Positions 1 to 9,604 of a stretch of 64,000 bases of DNA are shown piece after piece (the first letter of the stretch is position 1; each line of letters opens with the position of its first letter). The position numbers were made by a program, and so were the translations under genes. Source of the DNA: an uncultured bacterium (GTDB lineage Bacteria; Hydrothermota; UBA3072; B12-G15); contig CBFDSV010000010.1 of assembly GCA_965612735.1 (NCBI GenBank), forward strand, positions 268 through 64,267, given 5' to 3'. The notes below the pieces were generated by a model, which saw only the letters and a program-made list of their open reading frames with translations, was not told where the DNA came from and ran no database searches.

Positions 1-1115
1 CCCAGACATTTCAGGTTACTGATGCAACATGGGCATACGAGGTAGATGCTGCACATTCATCTGTGTCTATGAATAGTTCTGGAGAATTTGTTGTTTGCTG
101 GGAAGATGGAAGGGATGGATGGTGGGAATATGACCAATGGGGAAGAGAGTACTGGGTTTCCAATACCAATGTTTATGCTCAAGTGTATGACTCTTCGGGT
201 AATCCATATTCTTCATATGGTAATTTCAGAGTGGCTGGTTGGTACTTTAGTGATACCTGGGAAGGTTATCCTGCAGTAGCATTGAATGACTCAGGAAGAT
301 ATGTGATCTGCTGGATTGGTTCGGGTAATGTCTGGTTTAAGATGTTCAATGTACCAGTAAATGCTATTAGTTCAGATGTAATAGTTAATTCAGTGTGTCA
401 GGTCACCTATACCAGACCAGCAATCGCTATTGATAACAATGGGAATTTCGCAATTGTCTGGAAGGGAGAAGACGGGAATATATATTTGCAGCAGTACAAT
501 TCAAATGGTGTTCAAATTGGAACAAATATCCGTGTTAATGACTCCCCTGGTAATGTTGAGCGTACAAATCCTTCCATTGCCATGAGTAAGGACGGAAGCA
601 AAATTGTGGTTGCCTGGACAGAGTACAGAACATCCTCAACCAATCCTGATATCTATGCACAGATCTACGAAAATGGTATTCCTGTGGGCTCAAATTTCAG
701 GGTGAACCAGGATGATTCACTCGCCAACAACATTCAGAAATCTACCACTTTTTCTGTTGCATGCAATTCCAATTTCTCAGTCATCACCTGGATGGATAAA
801 AGGATACATGACAATGGTGATATTTATGCCAGTTTAATAAACATCAATTCTACTTGGGTGGATACCCCCAATACCAATCAAGGGGATAATTGTTTTGAGA
901 TTATTCCAAACCCATTCACCTCAACCTTCAGGGTTAAGTTATATCATGAGATATCCGGGAACCATTCTCTTCTTATTTACAACATAGATGGTAGGCTGCT
1001 GAAAAGGACAAAGGAAACGGTTCTGGGAAGGGATTTACCTTCAGGAATCTATTTTATAAAAATTGAAGGATATCCTGATGTCAAAAAGGTGATTAAATTA
1101 AAGGCACTACCCTAA
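1..1115 (+). CDS. Secreted repeat protein with T9SS C-terminal sorting domain (5' partial, continues upstream of window)
   Basis: Reading frame stays open back to position 1 (no stop upstream of the GTG at 63). The last ~75 aa ([11 protein letters not shown]...IYNIDGRLL...[10 protein letters not shown]...K) fit the Por secretion tail pattern. The body has recurring ~45-aa modules. Confidence 0.6.
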   Translation, partial: QTFQVTDATWAYEVDAAHSSVSMNSSGEFVVCWEDGRDGWWEYDQWGREYWVSNTNVYAQVYDSSGNPYSSYGNFRVAGWYFSDTWEGYPAVALNDSGRYVICWIGSGNVWFKMFNVPVNAISSDVIVNSVCQVTYTRPAIAIDNNGNFAIVWKGEDGNIYLQQYNSNGVQIGTNIRVNDSPGNVERTNPSIAMSKDGSKIVVAWTEYRTSSTNPDIYAQIYENGIPVGSNFRVNQDDSLANNIQKSTTFSVACNSNFSVITWMDKRIHDNGDIYASLININSTWVDTPNTNQGDNCFEIIPNPFTSTFRVKLYHEISGNHSLLIYNIDGRLLKRTKETVLGRDLPSGIYFIKIEGYPDVKKVIKLKALP

Positions 1116-2788
1116 TAGTCTCCCATATCAAGAAAACCCTTTAACAGATTTGCCCGAATAGGGTGTCTTAATTTTTTCAGAGCCTTCGCCTCTATCTGCC
1201 TTATCCTCTCCCTTGTGACATTGAACATCATCCCAACATCCTCAAGGGTTCTTGGATTGCCATCAATCAATCCAAACCTGAGTTCAATCACCTTCTTCTC
1301 CCTGGGGGTGAGCACAGCCATTGCCTTTTCCAGTTTCTCTTTAAGCAAGGTTCTTGAAGTGAGTTTGTGTGGTGTGGCAGCCTTCATATCCTCAATAAAA
1401 TCACCAAAGAATGTTTCACCATCATCCTCGATGGGAGCATCAAGGGAGACGGCATCCTGTGAAATATGATAGAGACCTGCAATCTTCTCAACAGGCATAT
1501 CAACCCTTTCAGCAATTTCCTCAATGGTGGGTTCTCTCCCTGTCTCCTGCACTATCATCCTTGCTGCCTTTGAGACCTTATGAATTATCTCTATCATATG
1601 AACTGGCACCCTTATTGTCCTGCCCTGGTCTGCAATTGCCCTTGTTATTGCCTGTTTAATCCACCATGTTGCATAGGTTGAAAACTTATATCCCTTCTTA
1701 TAATCAAACTTGTCAACCGCCTTCATAAGGCCGCTGTTCCCCTCCTGAATTATATCCATAAACTCAATACCCCTGCCAATGTACCTCTTTGCTATACTGA
1801 TAACAAGACGCACATTTGCCCTTACCATCTGATGTTTTGCCTGATTCACATAAGACTCCCACTTCTCAATCTCTTCATTCCTCTTTCTCACCACTTCATA
1901 TGGGTCAAGTAACTGTTTCTCAATGCTTCTAAGCCTTTTTAGGTGTTCGCTTATACTGGTGCTATAACCCACTATCTCTTCCTTTGTCATGCCTATCTTT
2001 TCAGGAGTCTCCCTTGCTGCATGGTACAGTATCCTTCTGTGATTTATCCCAGTCTTTCTCTCAATCTTTCTTATGGCCTCCATCTCGGCTTCCATAAGGT
2101 TGAACACCTCTTTTTCAACATCCCTGATCTTCTTCAGATACGGCGCCTGAATCCTCAATCCAGAAAGTTTTCTGGTTATTTTCTTCTCAAGTTCTTCAAT
2201 CTTTTTTTTCACCTCAGGGTCTTTACCATACTTTCGTCTATTCTCCCTCTTCAATTCTTCAAGTTTAACTGTCCACATCCTCACATTGTTGAATGCAATA
2301 AGTAATAAACGCCTCTCATTCTTAGTATTTCTTTTCCCCTTTGGCATTGGAGAGGAAACATGTATAAATTCCTCAACAGGAAGGCTCCTTTCCCTTATCT
2401 TCTGGTCAAAATCAAGGAACTTCCGTATTGCAAAAAGTGATGTGAAAAGATATTCACAAATCTTTCTCCTCCCATCATCCATCTGTTTTGCAAGCCTGCG
2501 TTCCTCCTCTTTGGTGAGGAGTTGAATCCTCCCCATTTCTCTAAGGTACAATTTCACAGCATCATCGGTTTTTCTCAACGCCTTTTTCTGGCTTTCCTCA
2601 AGCCTCTTTCTCATTTCAATGGATTCCTCAGTAACTACATTAACACCACCCTTCTGGAGTTTCTCAACAACCTCTTCAATAAGTATCTCATCACCGCCCA
2701 GATAATCCCTCAGACGCTCAAAGGATATTTCACCCTTTGAGTTAACCATCTTGATTATCTCTTCCCAATCAATGGAATTTATGTCCAT
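1112..2788 (-). CDS. rpoD: RNA polymerase sigma-70 factor RpoD
   Basis: 558-aa ORF; region 2 [37 protein letters not shown], IRVPVHMIE, region 4 [24 protein letters not shown]. Confidence 0.9.
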   Translation of the reverse strand: MDINSIDWEEIIKMVNSKGEISFERLRDYLGGDEILIEEVVEKLQKGGVNVVTEESIEMRKRLEESQKKALRKTDDAVKLYLREMGRIQLLTKEEERRLAKQMDDGRRKICEYLFTSLFAIRKFLDFDQKIRERSLPVEEFIHVSSPMPKGKRNTKNERRLLLIAFNNVRMWTVKLEELKRENRRKYGKDPEVKKKIEELEKKITRKLSGLRIQAPYLKKIRDVEKEVFNLMEAEMEAIRKIERKTGINHRRILYHAARETPEKIGMTKEEIVGYSTSISEHLKRLRSIEKQLLDPYEVVRKRNEEIEKWESYVNQAKHQMVRANVRLVISIAKRYIGRGIEFMDIIQEGNSGLMKAVDKFDYKKGYKFSTYATWWIKQAITRAIADQGRTIRVPVHMIEIIHKVSKAARMIVQETGREPTIEEIAERVDMPVEKIAGLYHISQDAVSLDAPIEDDGETFFGDFIEDMKAATPHKLTSRTLLKEKLEKAMAVLTPREKKVIELRFGLIDGNPRTLEDVGMMFNVTRERIRQIEAKALKKLRHPIRANLLKGFLDMGDY

Positions 2789-4449
2789 TACCCCTCCCTC
2801 TGAATTTTGAGTTTTTCCCTTAAAAGGTCATCCTGTATCTTCAGAAGAGTAGTTACGACCTCTCCCCTTTTTTCAAGTTCTTTTATCTTCCTGGCTGTTT
2901 CTTCCAGTTTTTCCTGTATTCTCTGCAGTTTCAACCGCCTCATTACATCTCCAACAGGGTCAACCCCATTTATGAGCATCTTGTAAACCTCATCCCTGTA
3001 TGGCTGGGGAAGACTGGAAACCACATCCTCACTATCCATCCTTTCATCCCTGGCTTTTTTTATGAACTCAGAAACAACACCCAGTTTAAAGTTAAATCCA
3101 TCAAGGGCGGAAAGGTCTTCATCACTGTACCCATTTAGAAGCATGGATGCCATGAGTGCAAGTTCCAGTTTTACATCAGGGGATAATTTCACAATCTCTT
3201 TTCTTTCAACCCCACCTTTTCTTCTAACCATCAGAAGTTCTTCCTTTATCATGAGTTCCCTGGAGATTTTTTCCCTATAAATCTCCTGCTTCACACCATC
3301 CCTTATCCTTGAAAGAATCTCCCTGAAGTCATTAACAACCTTTGTCAGGTGGGAAGGATTTTTAAGGTCGTACTTTTGAGAATAATCCTCAAGGAGAACA
3401 TCAATAAACCCCTTTGAATTTGAAAGGATTCTTTGAATCCCATCAGTCCCATCATTTCTCAAAATCTCATCAGGGTCTTTCCCTTCGCTGGAAGAACAAA
3501 GCATTATTTCAACATTTCTGTCAATAAGAAGTCCCATTGACCTCAATGATGCCTTTCTACCAGCCTCATCCATATCATAAAAAAGATATACTTTTCTGGC
3601 ATACCTGGATATTATCTGTGTTTGCTGTTCAGTTAATGAGGTTCCAAGGCTCGCAAGCACATTCTTGAATCCTGCCTGATACATACTCAGGTAGTCAAAG
3701 TAACCCTCAACAAGGATTACGCTCTTTTCCTCAAGTATTTCCTTTCTTGAATGAAAGACAGAGTATAAAGAACTCCTCTTGGAATACACAGGTGATTCAG
3801 GTGAATTCATGTATTTTGGCATTCCTTCTCCAAGTATTCTTCCACCAAATCCAGCAACCCTTCCTCCTGGTGAATAGATGGGAAACATCAATCTATTCCT
3901 GAACCTATCATACATTCTTCCCTGACCACGCACCACAAGCCCAACCTTCAGAAGCACATCTATGCCAAACTTTGCACCAAGTCTGGAAAGTATAATATCA
4001 GAATTTGGCGCATAGCCCAGTTGAAATTCTTCAATGGTCTCCTCAGTTATGCCCCTTTGTTTAAGATAATTGAGTGCAGTCTGGCTTTGTGGAAGCAAAG
4101 AATGGTATATCTTTGCAGCCTCCTCATTCACCTGATAAAACTTGTCCTGGGCATCCCCTGTTAATTTTACACTTATACCAACCATGTCCCCCAGATACTT
4201 CAGGGCATCAATAAAACTCATCTTTTCATATTCCTGAACAAACTTTATGACATCACCGCTTGCTCCACACCCAAAGCAGTGATAAACACCCAGTTCTGGA
4301 TTTACATAAAATGAGGGGTTTTTATCGTTATGAAAGGGGCAGAGACCTTTGTAATTCTTTCCGACCTTCTTAAGGGATACCCTTGAACCTATAACCTCTA
4401 CTATATCAACATGTTCTTTTATTTTATCCACCACATCCTTTAGTGGCAT
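2788..4449 (-). CDS. dnaG: DNA primase DnaG
   Basis: CHC2 zinc finger [11 protein letters not shown]...[10 protein letters not shown] plus TOPRIM region. Sits immediately upstream of rpoD, the conserved dnaG-rpoD order. Its stop overlaps the rpoD start. Confidence 0.9.
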   Translation of the reverse strand: MPLKDVVDKIKEHVDIVEVIGSRVSLKKVGKNYKGLCPFHNDKNPSFYVNPELGVYHCFGCGASGDVIKFVQEYEKMSFIDALKYLGDMVGISVKLTGDAQDKFYQVNEEAAKIYHSLLPQSQTALNYLKQRGITEETIEEFQLGYAPNSDIILSRLGAKFGIDVLLKVGLVVRGQGRMYDRFRNRLMFPIYSPGGRVAGFGGRILGEGMPKYMNSPESPVYSKRSSLYSVFHSRKEILEEKSVILVEGYFDYLSMYQAGFKNVLASLGTSLTEQQTQIISRYARKVYLFYDMDEAGRKASLRSMGLLIDRNVEIMLCSSSEGKDPDEILRNDGTDGIQRILSNSKGFIDVLLEDYSQKYDLKNPSHLTKVVNDFREILSRIRDGVKQEIYREKISRELMIKEELLMVRRKGGVERKEIVKLSPDVKLELALMASMLLNGYSDEDLSALDGFNFKLGVVSEFIKKARDERMDSEDVVSSLPQPYRDEVYKMLINGVDPVGDVMRRLKLQRIQEKLEETARKIKELEKRGEVVTTLLKIQDDLLREKLKIQREG

Positions 4450-4485
4450 AATTAAAATTATGTTTTTTCATGAAATTCGCAAGCC

Positions 4486-5130
4486 CTATTTAAACACTTC
4501 ACCAGCCTCCTTGTACCACAACAGGAGGTCAAGATGGGACGATGGAATCCCCAGTTCTTCTGCGGTTTTCAGGAATAGTTTTTCTAATTCCATATATATT
4601 TTTCTTGAAATTGATTTGGGAACATCCTTAATTTTACCAAGAAATTTTAAATTTTTCAAAATATGTCTGTCAAGTATTGCAAGATTCTCTCCAAAACCAA
4701 TATTTCTTAAAAAATGGCTTGCCTCCTTGTATCCCATTCCCTTCACATCTTTAACAAGGAATTCCCTTGCCTCTTCAGGTGATTTAAATCCTGAAATTAT
4801 GGGTTTAACCCTTGGCATGCCTGCCTCCAGAAAGATTGCCCTTGAATTGATAATGTACTCTGCCTTTTTATTCTTAAACCTCACCCCTTCAAGGCAATCA
4901 ACTATCTTCCTGTAATCCCCATCCAGCAAAAGACTCTTTTGTTCCATTCTCTCAACAGCAGCCCAGCATATCTTTGCCTTTGACTGTGGTGTGAGAAGGC
5001 AGAATATAAACTCCTTGAACATGGCACAATCATCCCCTTTTTCCCATATTCCCCTGAATTCCATCAACCTTTTTTCAATCAAGGGTCTTACTTCCCTGTA
5101 TAATTCTTTTATTTCATGTTTGACGTCCAT
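4486..5130 (-). CDS. ogg: 8-oxoguanine DNA glycosylase/AP lyase, Ogg2 (archaeal/Thermotoga) type
   Basis: 214 aa with the HhH-GPD signature GMGYKEASHFLRNIGFGENLAILDRHI, characteristic of small Ogg2-family N-glycosylase/DNA lyases. Confidence 0.75.
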   Translation of the reverse strand: MDVKHEIKELYREVRPLIEKRLMEFRGIWEKGDDCAMFKEFIFCLLTPQSKAKICWAAVERMEQKSLLLDGDYRKIVDCLEGVRFKNKKAEYIINSRAIFLEAGMPRVKPIISGFKSPEEAREFLVKDVKGMGYKEASHFLRNIGFGENLAILDRHILKNLKFLGKIKDVPKSISRKIYMELEKLFLKTAEELGIPSSHLDLLLWYKEAGEVFK

Positions 5131-5153
5131 AAAGTTTATTGTATAATATAATC

Positions 5154-5603
5154 ATGAAATGTCCATACTGTGGTGATGACAATGACAGGGTGATTGACAC
5201 AAGGCTTGTAAAGGACGGTGAGGCAATAAGGAGAAGGAGGGAATGCCTCTCCTGTGGCAGGAGATTCACCACATATGAATATATTGAAAAAACCCCATTA
5301 CTCGTGATAAAGAAGGACGGAAGACGAGAACCCTTTGAAAGGGATAAGATTCTCCAGGGTATCCTGACAGCATGCCATAAGCGACCCATTCCAAGGGAAA
5401 AAATAGAAAACCTTGTTGATGAAGTTGTATCCGTTGTATCAGACCTTGGTACAAATGAGGTGGAGTCAAGGATAATTGGTGAGGAGATAATGAAAAGGCT
5501 GAAGAAACTTGACGATATATCCTATGTGAGATTTGCCTCTGTTTACAGGGAATTCCGTGATAAAAAAGAATTCATGAAGGAACTGAAGAATCTAAAGGGT
5601 TGA
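5154..5603 (+). CDS. nrdR: Transcriptional repressor NrdR
   Basis: MKCPYCG...RRRECLSCGRRFTTYE zinc ribbon plus ATP-cone. The track start at 5139 is probably an N-terminal over-extension. A TATAAT lies just upstream. Confidence 0.85.
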   Translation: MKCPYCGDDNDRVIDTRLVKDGEAIRRRRECLSCGRRFTTYEYIEKTPLLVIKKDGRREPFERDKILQGILTACHKRPIPREKIENLVDEVVSVVSDLGTNEVESRIIGEEIMKRLKKLDDISYVRFASVYREFRDKKEFMKELKNLKG

Positions 5604-7237
5604 ATACACTTTTTTCTCTTAGATTCAAGAGGATAAAGGGATTTATAAAGAAGGAAATCAGGGGGAGACTCCTAATTTATTTTATTGTTATCTTCATATT
5701 CCTTTCTGGCACATACTGGGTCTTTTTAAGGGTCTTTTCATTCTTAAACAATATTGAGGAGATCGGTGAAATAATTGCAGGAAAAATCATTTCCTATTCC
5801 TTCTTTGTATTCTTCTTCATGCTCCTGATTAGCAATGGGATAACAGCCCTTTCAACATTCTACAGGTCAAAAGAGGTAGAATTCCTCATGGCACTTCCTG
5901 TTCCTCCTGCTAACATTTTCATTTCAAAGATATTTGAGACCTTCTTCTTCAGTTCATGGGCAACACTGATAGGCGCTGTTCCCATTGTGCTTGCATACTT
6001 TATAGCATATGGCTCTCCATGGGGAATAGTTTACACAATCCCATCCTTCATGGGATTCATTGCAATCCCTTCATTCCTTGGAATCATTGTATTGATGGTA
6101 TTGAAAAGAATAAATCCCAACCTGAGTGTAAAGCAACTGGGTATAACCCTTGGCATTATATCAGGCATCATAATATACCTTTACATATTGACAAATCCAT
6201 ATTCCTTTAATATCCCCCAGACAACAAACCTGTACACGGTGAACAGATTTCTTGATAGATTAAGGTTCTCAAACCCTTATTTCCCCAACGAGTGGCTCTT
6301 CAATGTTGTCAGGAGTATAGTTGACGAAAGGATGTTCCAATTTTTTAGATACACAGGTTCACTCCTCCTTGTCTCTTTCTCCCTGTTCCTGATTCTGTAT
6401 TTCCTTGGTGTAAACTGGTACAGGGAGACATGGTTAACAACAGAGCACTCAAAGAAAATCCCCCATATAAGGTTAAGGTTCTTCCTTAATAGACCATCCC
6501 AACTGGTTAACCTTTTATCAAAGGACTGGAGGATATTCATACGCTCACCAAACCAGTGGGTTCAATTTCTTATAATATTTTTACTCCTCCTCTTTTATGT
6601 AATATCATTGAGGAGAACACCTATATATGTGAAGGAGGTCTTCTGGCTCACCATAACAGCCCTCATAAACACAGGTTTTGTTGCATATATAAGTGCAACC
6701 CTCTCATTGCGATTCATTTTCCCTGCAATCAGCCTTGAAGGTGATTACTGGTGGATTCTGAGGTCAGCACCTGTGAAACCGAGAAATATATATATATCAA
6801 AGATGATTTTTTACATTGCCCTGACCACGGTTATCTCCATATATGTGATTTACACCAGCAACATCAGGCTTACAGGTTCATTCATAATAACCCTTGTAAC
6901 AGTCATTATTGGAACAATGCTCACAATCACCTCTGTAATTATTGCAACCACAATGGGTACAATCTTTGTTGACTTCAATGAACACAATCCAGCAAAAATT
7001 GCCTCTGGAATGGGAGGTCTTTTAACTGCTGTACTATCACTTGGTTTTATAGGGCTTTCCCTTATCATCTTCCTCTCACCCTTTTCACACTACCTTGGTT
7101 TACTTCTGAAGGGTATATCTGTGAATCCATGGCCTATTATGAGAAACAGGCTTATCCTTTTCATTGTAATCTCCACCCTTCTTGATACATGGCTTGTAAA
7201 AATAGGGGTATCAAGGATTGGAAGGATTGAAGGCTGA
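5600..7237 (+). CDS. Polytopic integral membrane protein, function unknown
   Basis: 545 aa, more than 12 hydrophobic segments, no recognisable catalytic motif. Start overlaps the nrdR stop by 4 nt (translational coupling). Confidence 0.5.
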   Translation: MNTLFSLRFKRIKGFIKKEIRGRLLIYFIVIFIFLSGTYWVFLRVFSFLNNIEEIGEIIAGKIISYSFFVFFFMLLISNGITALSTFYRSKEVEFLMALPVPPANIFISKIFETFFFSSWATLIGAVPIVLAYFIAYGSPWGIVYTIPSFMGFIAIPSFLGIIVLMVLKRINPNLSVKQLGITLGIISGIIIYLYILTNPYSFNIPQTTNLYTVNRFLDRLRFSNPYFPNEWLFNVVRSIVDERMFQFFRYTGSLLLVSFSLFLILYFLGVNWYRETWLTTEHSKKIPHIRLRFFLNRPSQLVNLLSKDWRIFIRSPNQWVQFLIIFLLLLFYVISLRRTPIYVKEVFWLTITALINTGFVAYISATLSLRFIFPAISLEGDYWWILRSAPVKPRNIYISKMIFYIALTTVISIYVIYTSNIRLTGSFIITLVTVIIGTMLTITSVIIATTMGTIFVDFNEHNPAKIASGMGGLLTAVLSLGFIGLSLIIFLSPFSHYLGLLLKGISVNPWPIMRNRLILFIVISTLLDTWLVKIGVSRIGRIEG

Positions 7238-7874
7238 CCTGATATTAAAATTCTACCAGAAACTGTACAGGCATTTTGGTCCGCAGCACTGGTGGCCTGG
7301 AGAAACCCCATTTGAGGTTATGGTCGGTGCTATACTAACCCAGAACACTGCCTGGAAGAATGTGGAAAGGGCAATTGAAAACCTTAAAAAGGAGAATGCA
7401 CTTTCCCCGGAAGAAATAAACAAAATGAACATAGAAAAACTTGCACAACTGATAAAACCATCTGGATTTTACAATCTGAAGGCAAAAAGGCTTAAATCCT
7501 TTATAGAAAGGTTTATGGAAGATTTCCATGGCGATATTCAAGAGATGAAAAAATTGGAGAAACACACACTAAGGGAATGGCTACTCTCTATTCCTGGTAT
7601 TGGAAGGGAAACCGCAGACTCAATCATCCTCTATGCCATTGAAAAACCCATATTTGTGGTGGATGCTTATACAAGGAGAATCCTCTCAAGGCATGGTTTT
7701 ATAAAAGGTGATGAAGATTACGATGAGATACAGGAAATCTTCCATAGAAACCTTCCTCATGATACAGGGCTTTTCAATGAGTATCATGCACTTATAGTCA
7801 GGCTTGGTAAGGAGTACTGCAAAAAGCAAAATCCCCTTTGCGAAACCTGCCCGTTGAAGGATTACCTACCCTGA
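7218..7874 (+). CDS. HhH-GPD base-excision DNA glycosylase, endonuclease III-like
   Basis: Helix-hairpin-helix LSIPGIGRETADSIILYA...VVDAYTRRIL. C-terminal C-x6-C-x2-C (CKKQNPLCETCP) resembles the EndoIII Fe-S loop but the 4th Cys is absent. Overlaps the preceding gene by 20 nt. Confidence 0.7.
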   Translation: MEGLKADLILKFYQKLYRHFGPQHWWPGETPFEVMVGAILTQNTAWKNVERAIENLKKENALSPEEINKMNIEKLAQLIKPSGFYNLKAKRLKSFIERFMEDFHGDIQEMKKLEKHTLREWLLSIPGIGRETADSIILYAIEKPIFVVDAYTRRILSRHGFIKGDEDYDEIQEIFHRNLPHDTGLFNEYHALIVRLGKEYCKKQNPLCETCPLKDYLP

Positions 7875-8678
7875 AATCCTTGTTTTCAAGCCTCTGATAA
7901 TAAACACCACACTTATTATCATCAATACTATGCTGAATGCCTGTGAAAGGGTTATGTATTTTAAGATGAGTGCATTCCCTTCATAGTATCTGAAGAAATC
8001 TATAATGAATCTGTGGAGTCCATAAAGACCAAGGAAAAGATAAAAGAGGAATCCATCAAAGGGCTTTCTCTTTCTCAAAAAAAGTAAAACTCCAAATATC
8101 AAAAGTAAGTCTATGGCGGATATTATCTGTGTGGGGATCACAGGCAGGGAATGTGAGGCACCAGGCTGTATCCACCCATTCCTTAGATGTGTTTCATATA
8201 CAGGTGGATTCCACCTCCTTGGGAACTCAACCCCAATCCATGAACTGGTCACCTTTCCAAAGCAACATCCATTCAGGAAACACCCTATCCTACCTATGCC
8301 AATGGCAAGTGCGAGCCCTGGTGCAAAGACATCAGTAACCTTTCCAAACTGGAGTTTTGAGACCTTTAGATAAAGAAGTCCACCAACAAATCCACCAATA
8401 AAACCACCATAAAAAACAAGCCCACCTTCCCATACCCTGAATATTGCACCCACATTCTGGCTGTAGTAATTCCACATCTCTATCACATACCATACCCTTG
8501 CACCTATAATCATACCAACCAGTATCCATAAAGTAAGGCTCTCAAGTTTTGACGCATCAAGTTTAACACGCCTGGCCTCACGGAGAATAACATAAAGACC
8601 AGCAAAGTATGCAATAACCATCATCACCCCATAGGAGGGGAGAGAAAAACCCCTTGTGTGAATCAGGTATCTATACAT
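7866..8678 (-). CDS. lgt: Prolipoprotein diacylglyceryl transferase
   Basis: 270-aa membrane protein with the Lgt signature RIGCFLNGCCFGK and a GGxVFYGGFIGG motif. Confidence 0.8.
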   Translation of the reverse strand: MYRYLIHTRGFSLPSYGVMMVIAYFAGLYVILREARRVKLDASKLESLTLWILVGMIIGARVWYVIEMWNYYSQNVGAIFRVWEGGLVFYGGFIGGFVGGLLYLKVSKLQFGKVTDVFAPGLALAIGIGRIGCFLNGCCFGKVTSSWIGVEFPRRWNPPVYETHLRNGWIQPGASHSLPVIPTQIISAIDLLLIFGVLLFLRKRKPFDGFLFYLFLGLYGLHRFIIDFFRYYEGNALILKYITLSQAFSIVLMIISVVFIIRGLKTRISG

Positions 8679-9483
8679 TCACATTCTCCAGATTTCTTAC
8701 AACAAAGGTTTTTGTTGGACATCTTTCAACAGCAGGTTTAAGGTCTTCTGGATTTTTAACATTTTCATAATGTATAACAGGGAGGTATCCCTCCATTGTT
8801 ATATTACCTTCAGGCACAACCCTTGCACAGAGGCTGCATCCTATACACCCTCTGGAACAAACATCTGAAACATCCTTACCCCTTTCAGGAGACACACACC
8901 CAAGATAAATAGGGGCATCCTTTGGAACAAGTGCCATTATCCCCCTGGGGCAGGCCCTGACACATTCACCACAACCAGTACACTTATCCTCTATCACAAC
9001 GGGAAGCCCGTTTTCTCCCATGTACATGGCATCAAAGAGACAGGCCTCAACACAGTCTCCAAGACCAAGACACCCATAAACACATCCCTTATCCCCTCCA
9101 ATAAGATCTAATGCCTTACACGTCTTTATCCCTGTATACTCAGCAAACCTCTTTGCAGTTTCCCTGTCTCCAAGACATTGAACAACAGCAACCTTTGGAA
9201 CAACTGCTGCTGCCTCAACGCCAAGTATTGCTGCAATCTTATCTGCCACCTCCTGCCCACCAACAACACAACCATTTACAGGGTACTTTCCTGCAACAAC
9301 ACCCTCTGCAAAGGGTTCACATCCTGGTGCACCACATCCACCACAGTTTGCCATTGGCAAAACTTCAAGTATTTTCTCTATTCTCGGATCACGTTCAACA
9401 TGGAACTTCTTTGCAGAAAAGGTAAGGAAAAGTCCGAAGACAAGACCAAGCCCACCAAGAACAAGTATTGATATAAGGATCAT
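8671..9483 (-). CDS. RnfB-like iron-sulfur (polyferredoxin) membrane-anchored protein
   Basis: N-terminal TM helix, CGGCGAPGCEPFAEGVVAG cluster-binding segment, two CxxCxxCxxxCP 4Fe-4S motifs (CTGCGECVRACP, CIGCSLCARVVP). No other rnf genes are adjacent. Confidence 0.65.
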   Translation of the reverse strand: MILISILVLGGLGLVFGLFLTFSAKKFHVERDPRIEKILEVLPMANCGGCGAPGCEPFAEGVVAGKYPVNGCVVGGQEVADKIAAILGVEAAAVVPKVAVVQCLGDRETAKRFAEYTGIKTCKALDLIGGDKGCVYGCLGLGDCVEACLFDAMYMGENGLPVVIEDKCTGCGECVRACPRGIMALVPKDAPIYLGCVSPERGKDVSDVCSRGCIGCSLCARVVPEGNITMEGYLPVIHYENVKNPEDLKPAVERCPTKTFVVRNLENVNV

Positions 9484-9604
9484 TCAGCCTCCTTTTTTTC
9501 AGAATAGATACACTCATTAACAGGTTATGTCAAGGGACTTTCTCCATCTAAATTTTAAATGCAACTGGAAGACCTTATATTCAACATCTCTAAAGGCGTC
9601 GTCC

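Noticed and set aside
6786-6797. (AT)6 dinucleotide run inside the 545-aa membrane protein gene, considered as a slipped-strand phase-variation switch
   Set aside because: Only six units. Contingency loci usually need longer tracts, and there is no surrounding repeat structure.
9484-9604. Intergenic gaps 9484-9604, 12275-12441, 43654-43749 and 46912-47010, scanned for tRNA or small RNA genes
   Set aside because: No cloverleaf-compatible GTTC/TTCGA T-arm motifs, anticodon-stem symmetry or terminator-flanked structured elements were seen. Only promoter-like AT-rich sequence.
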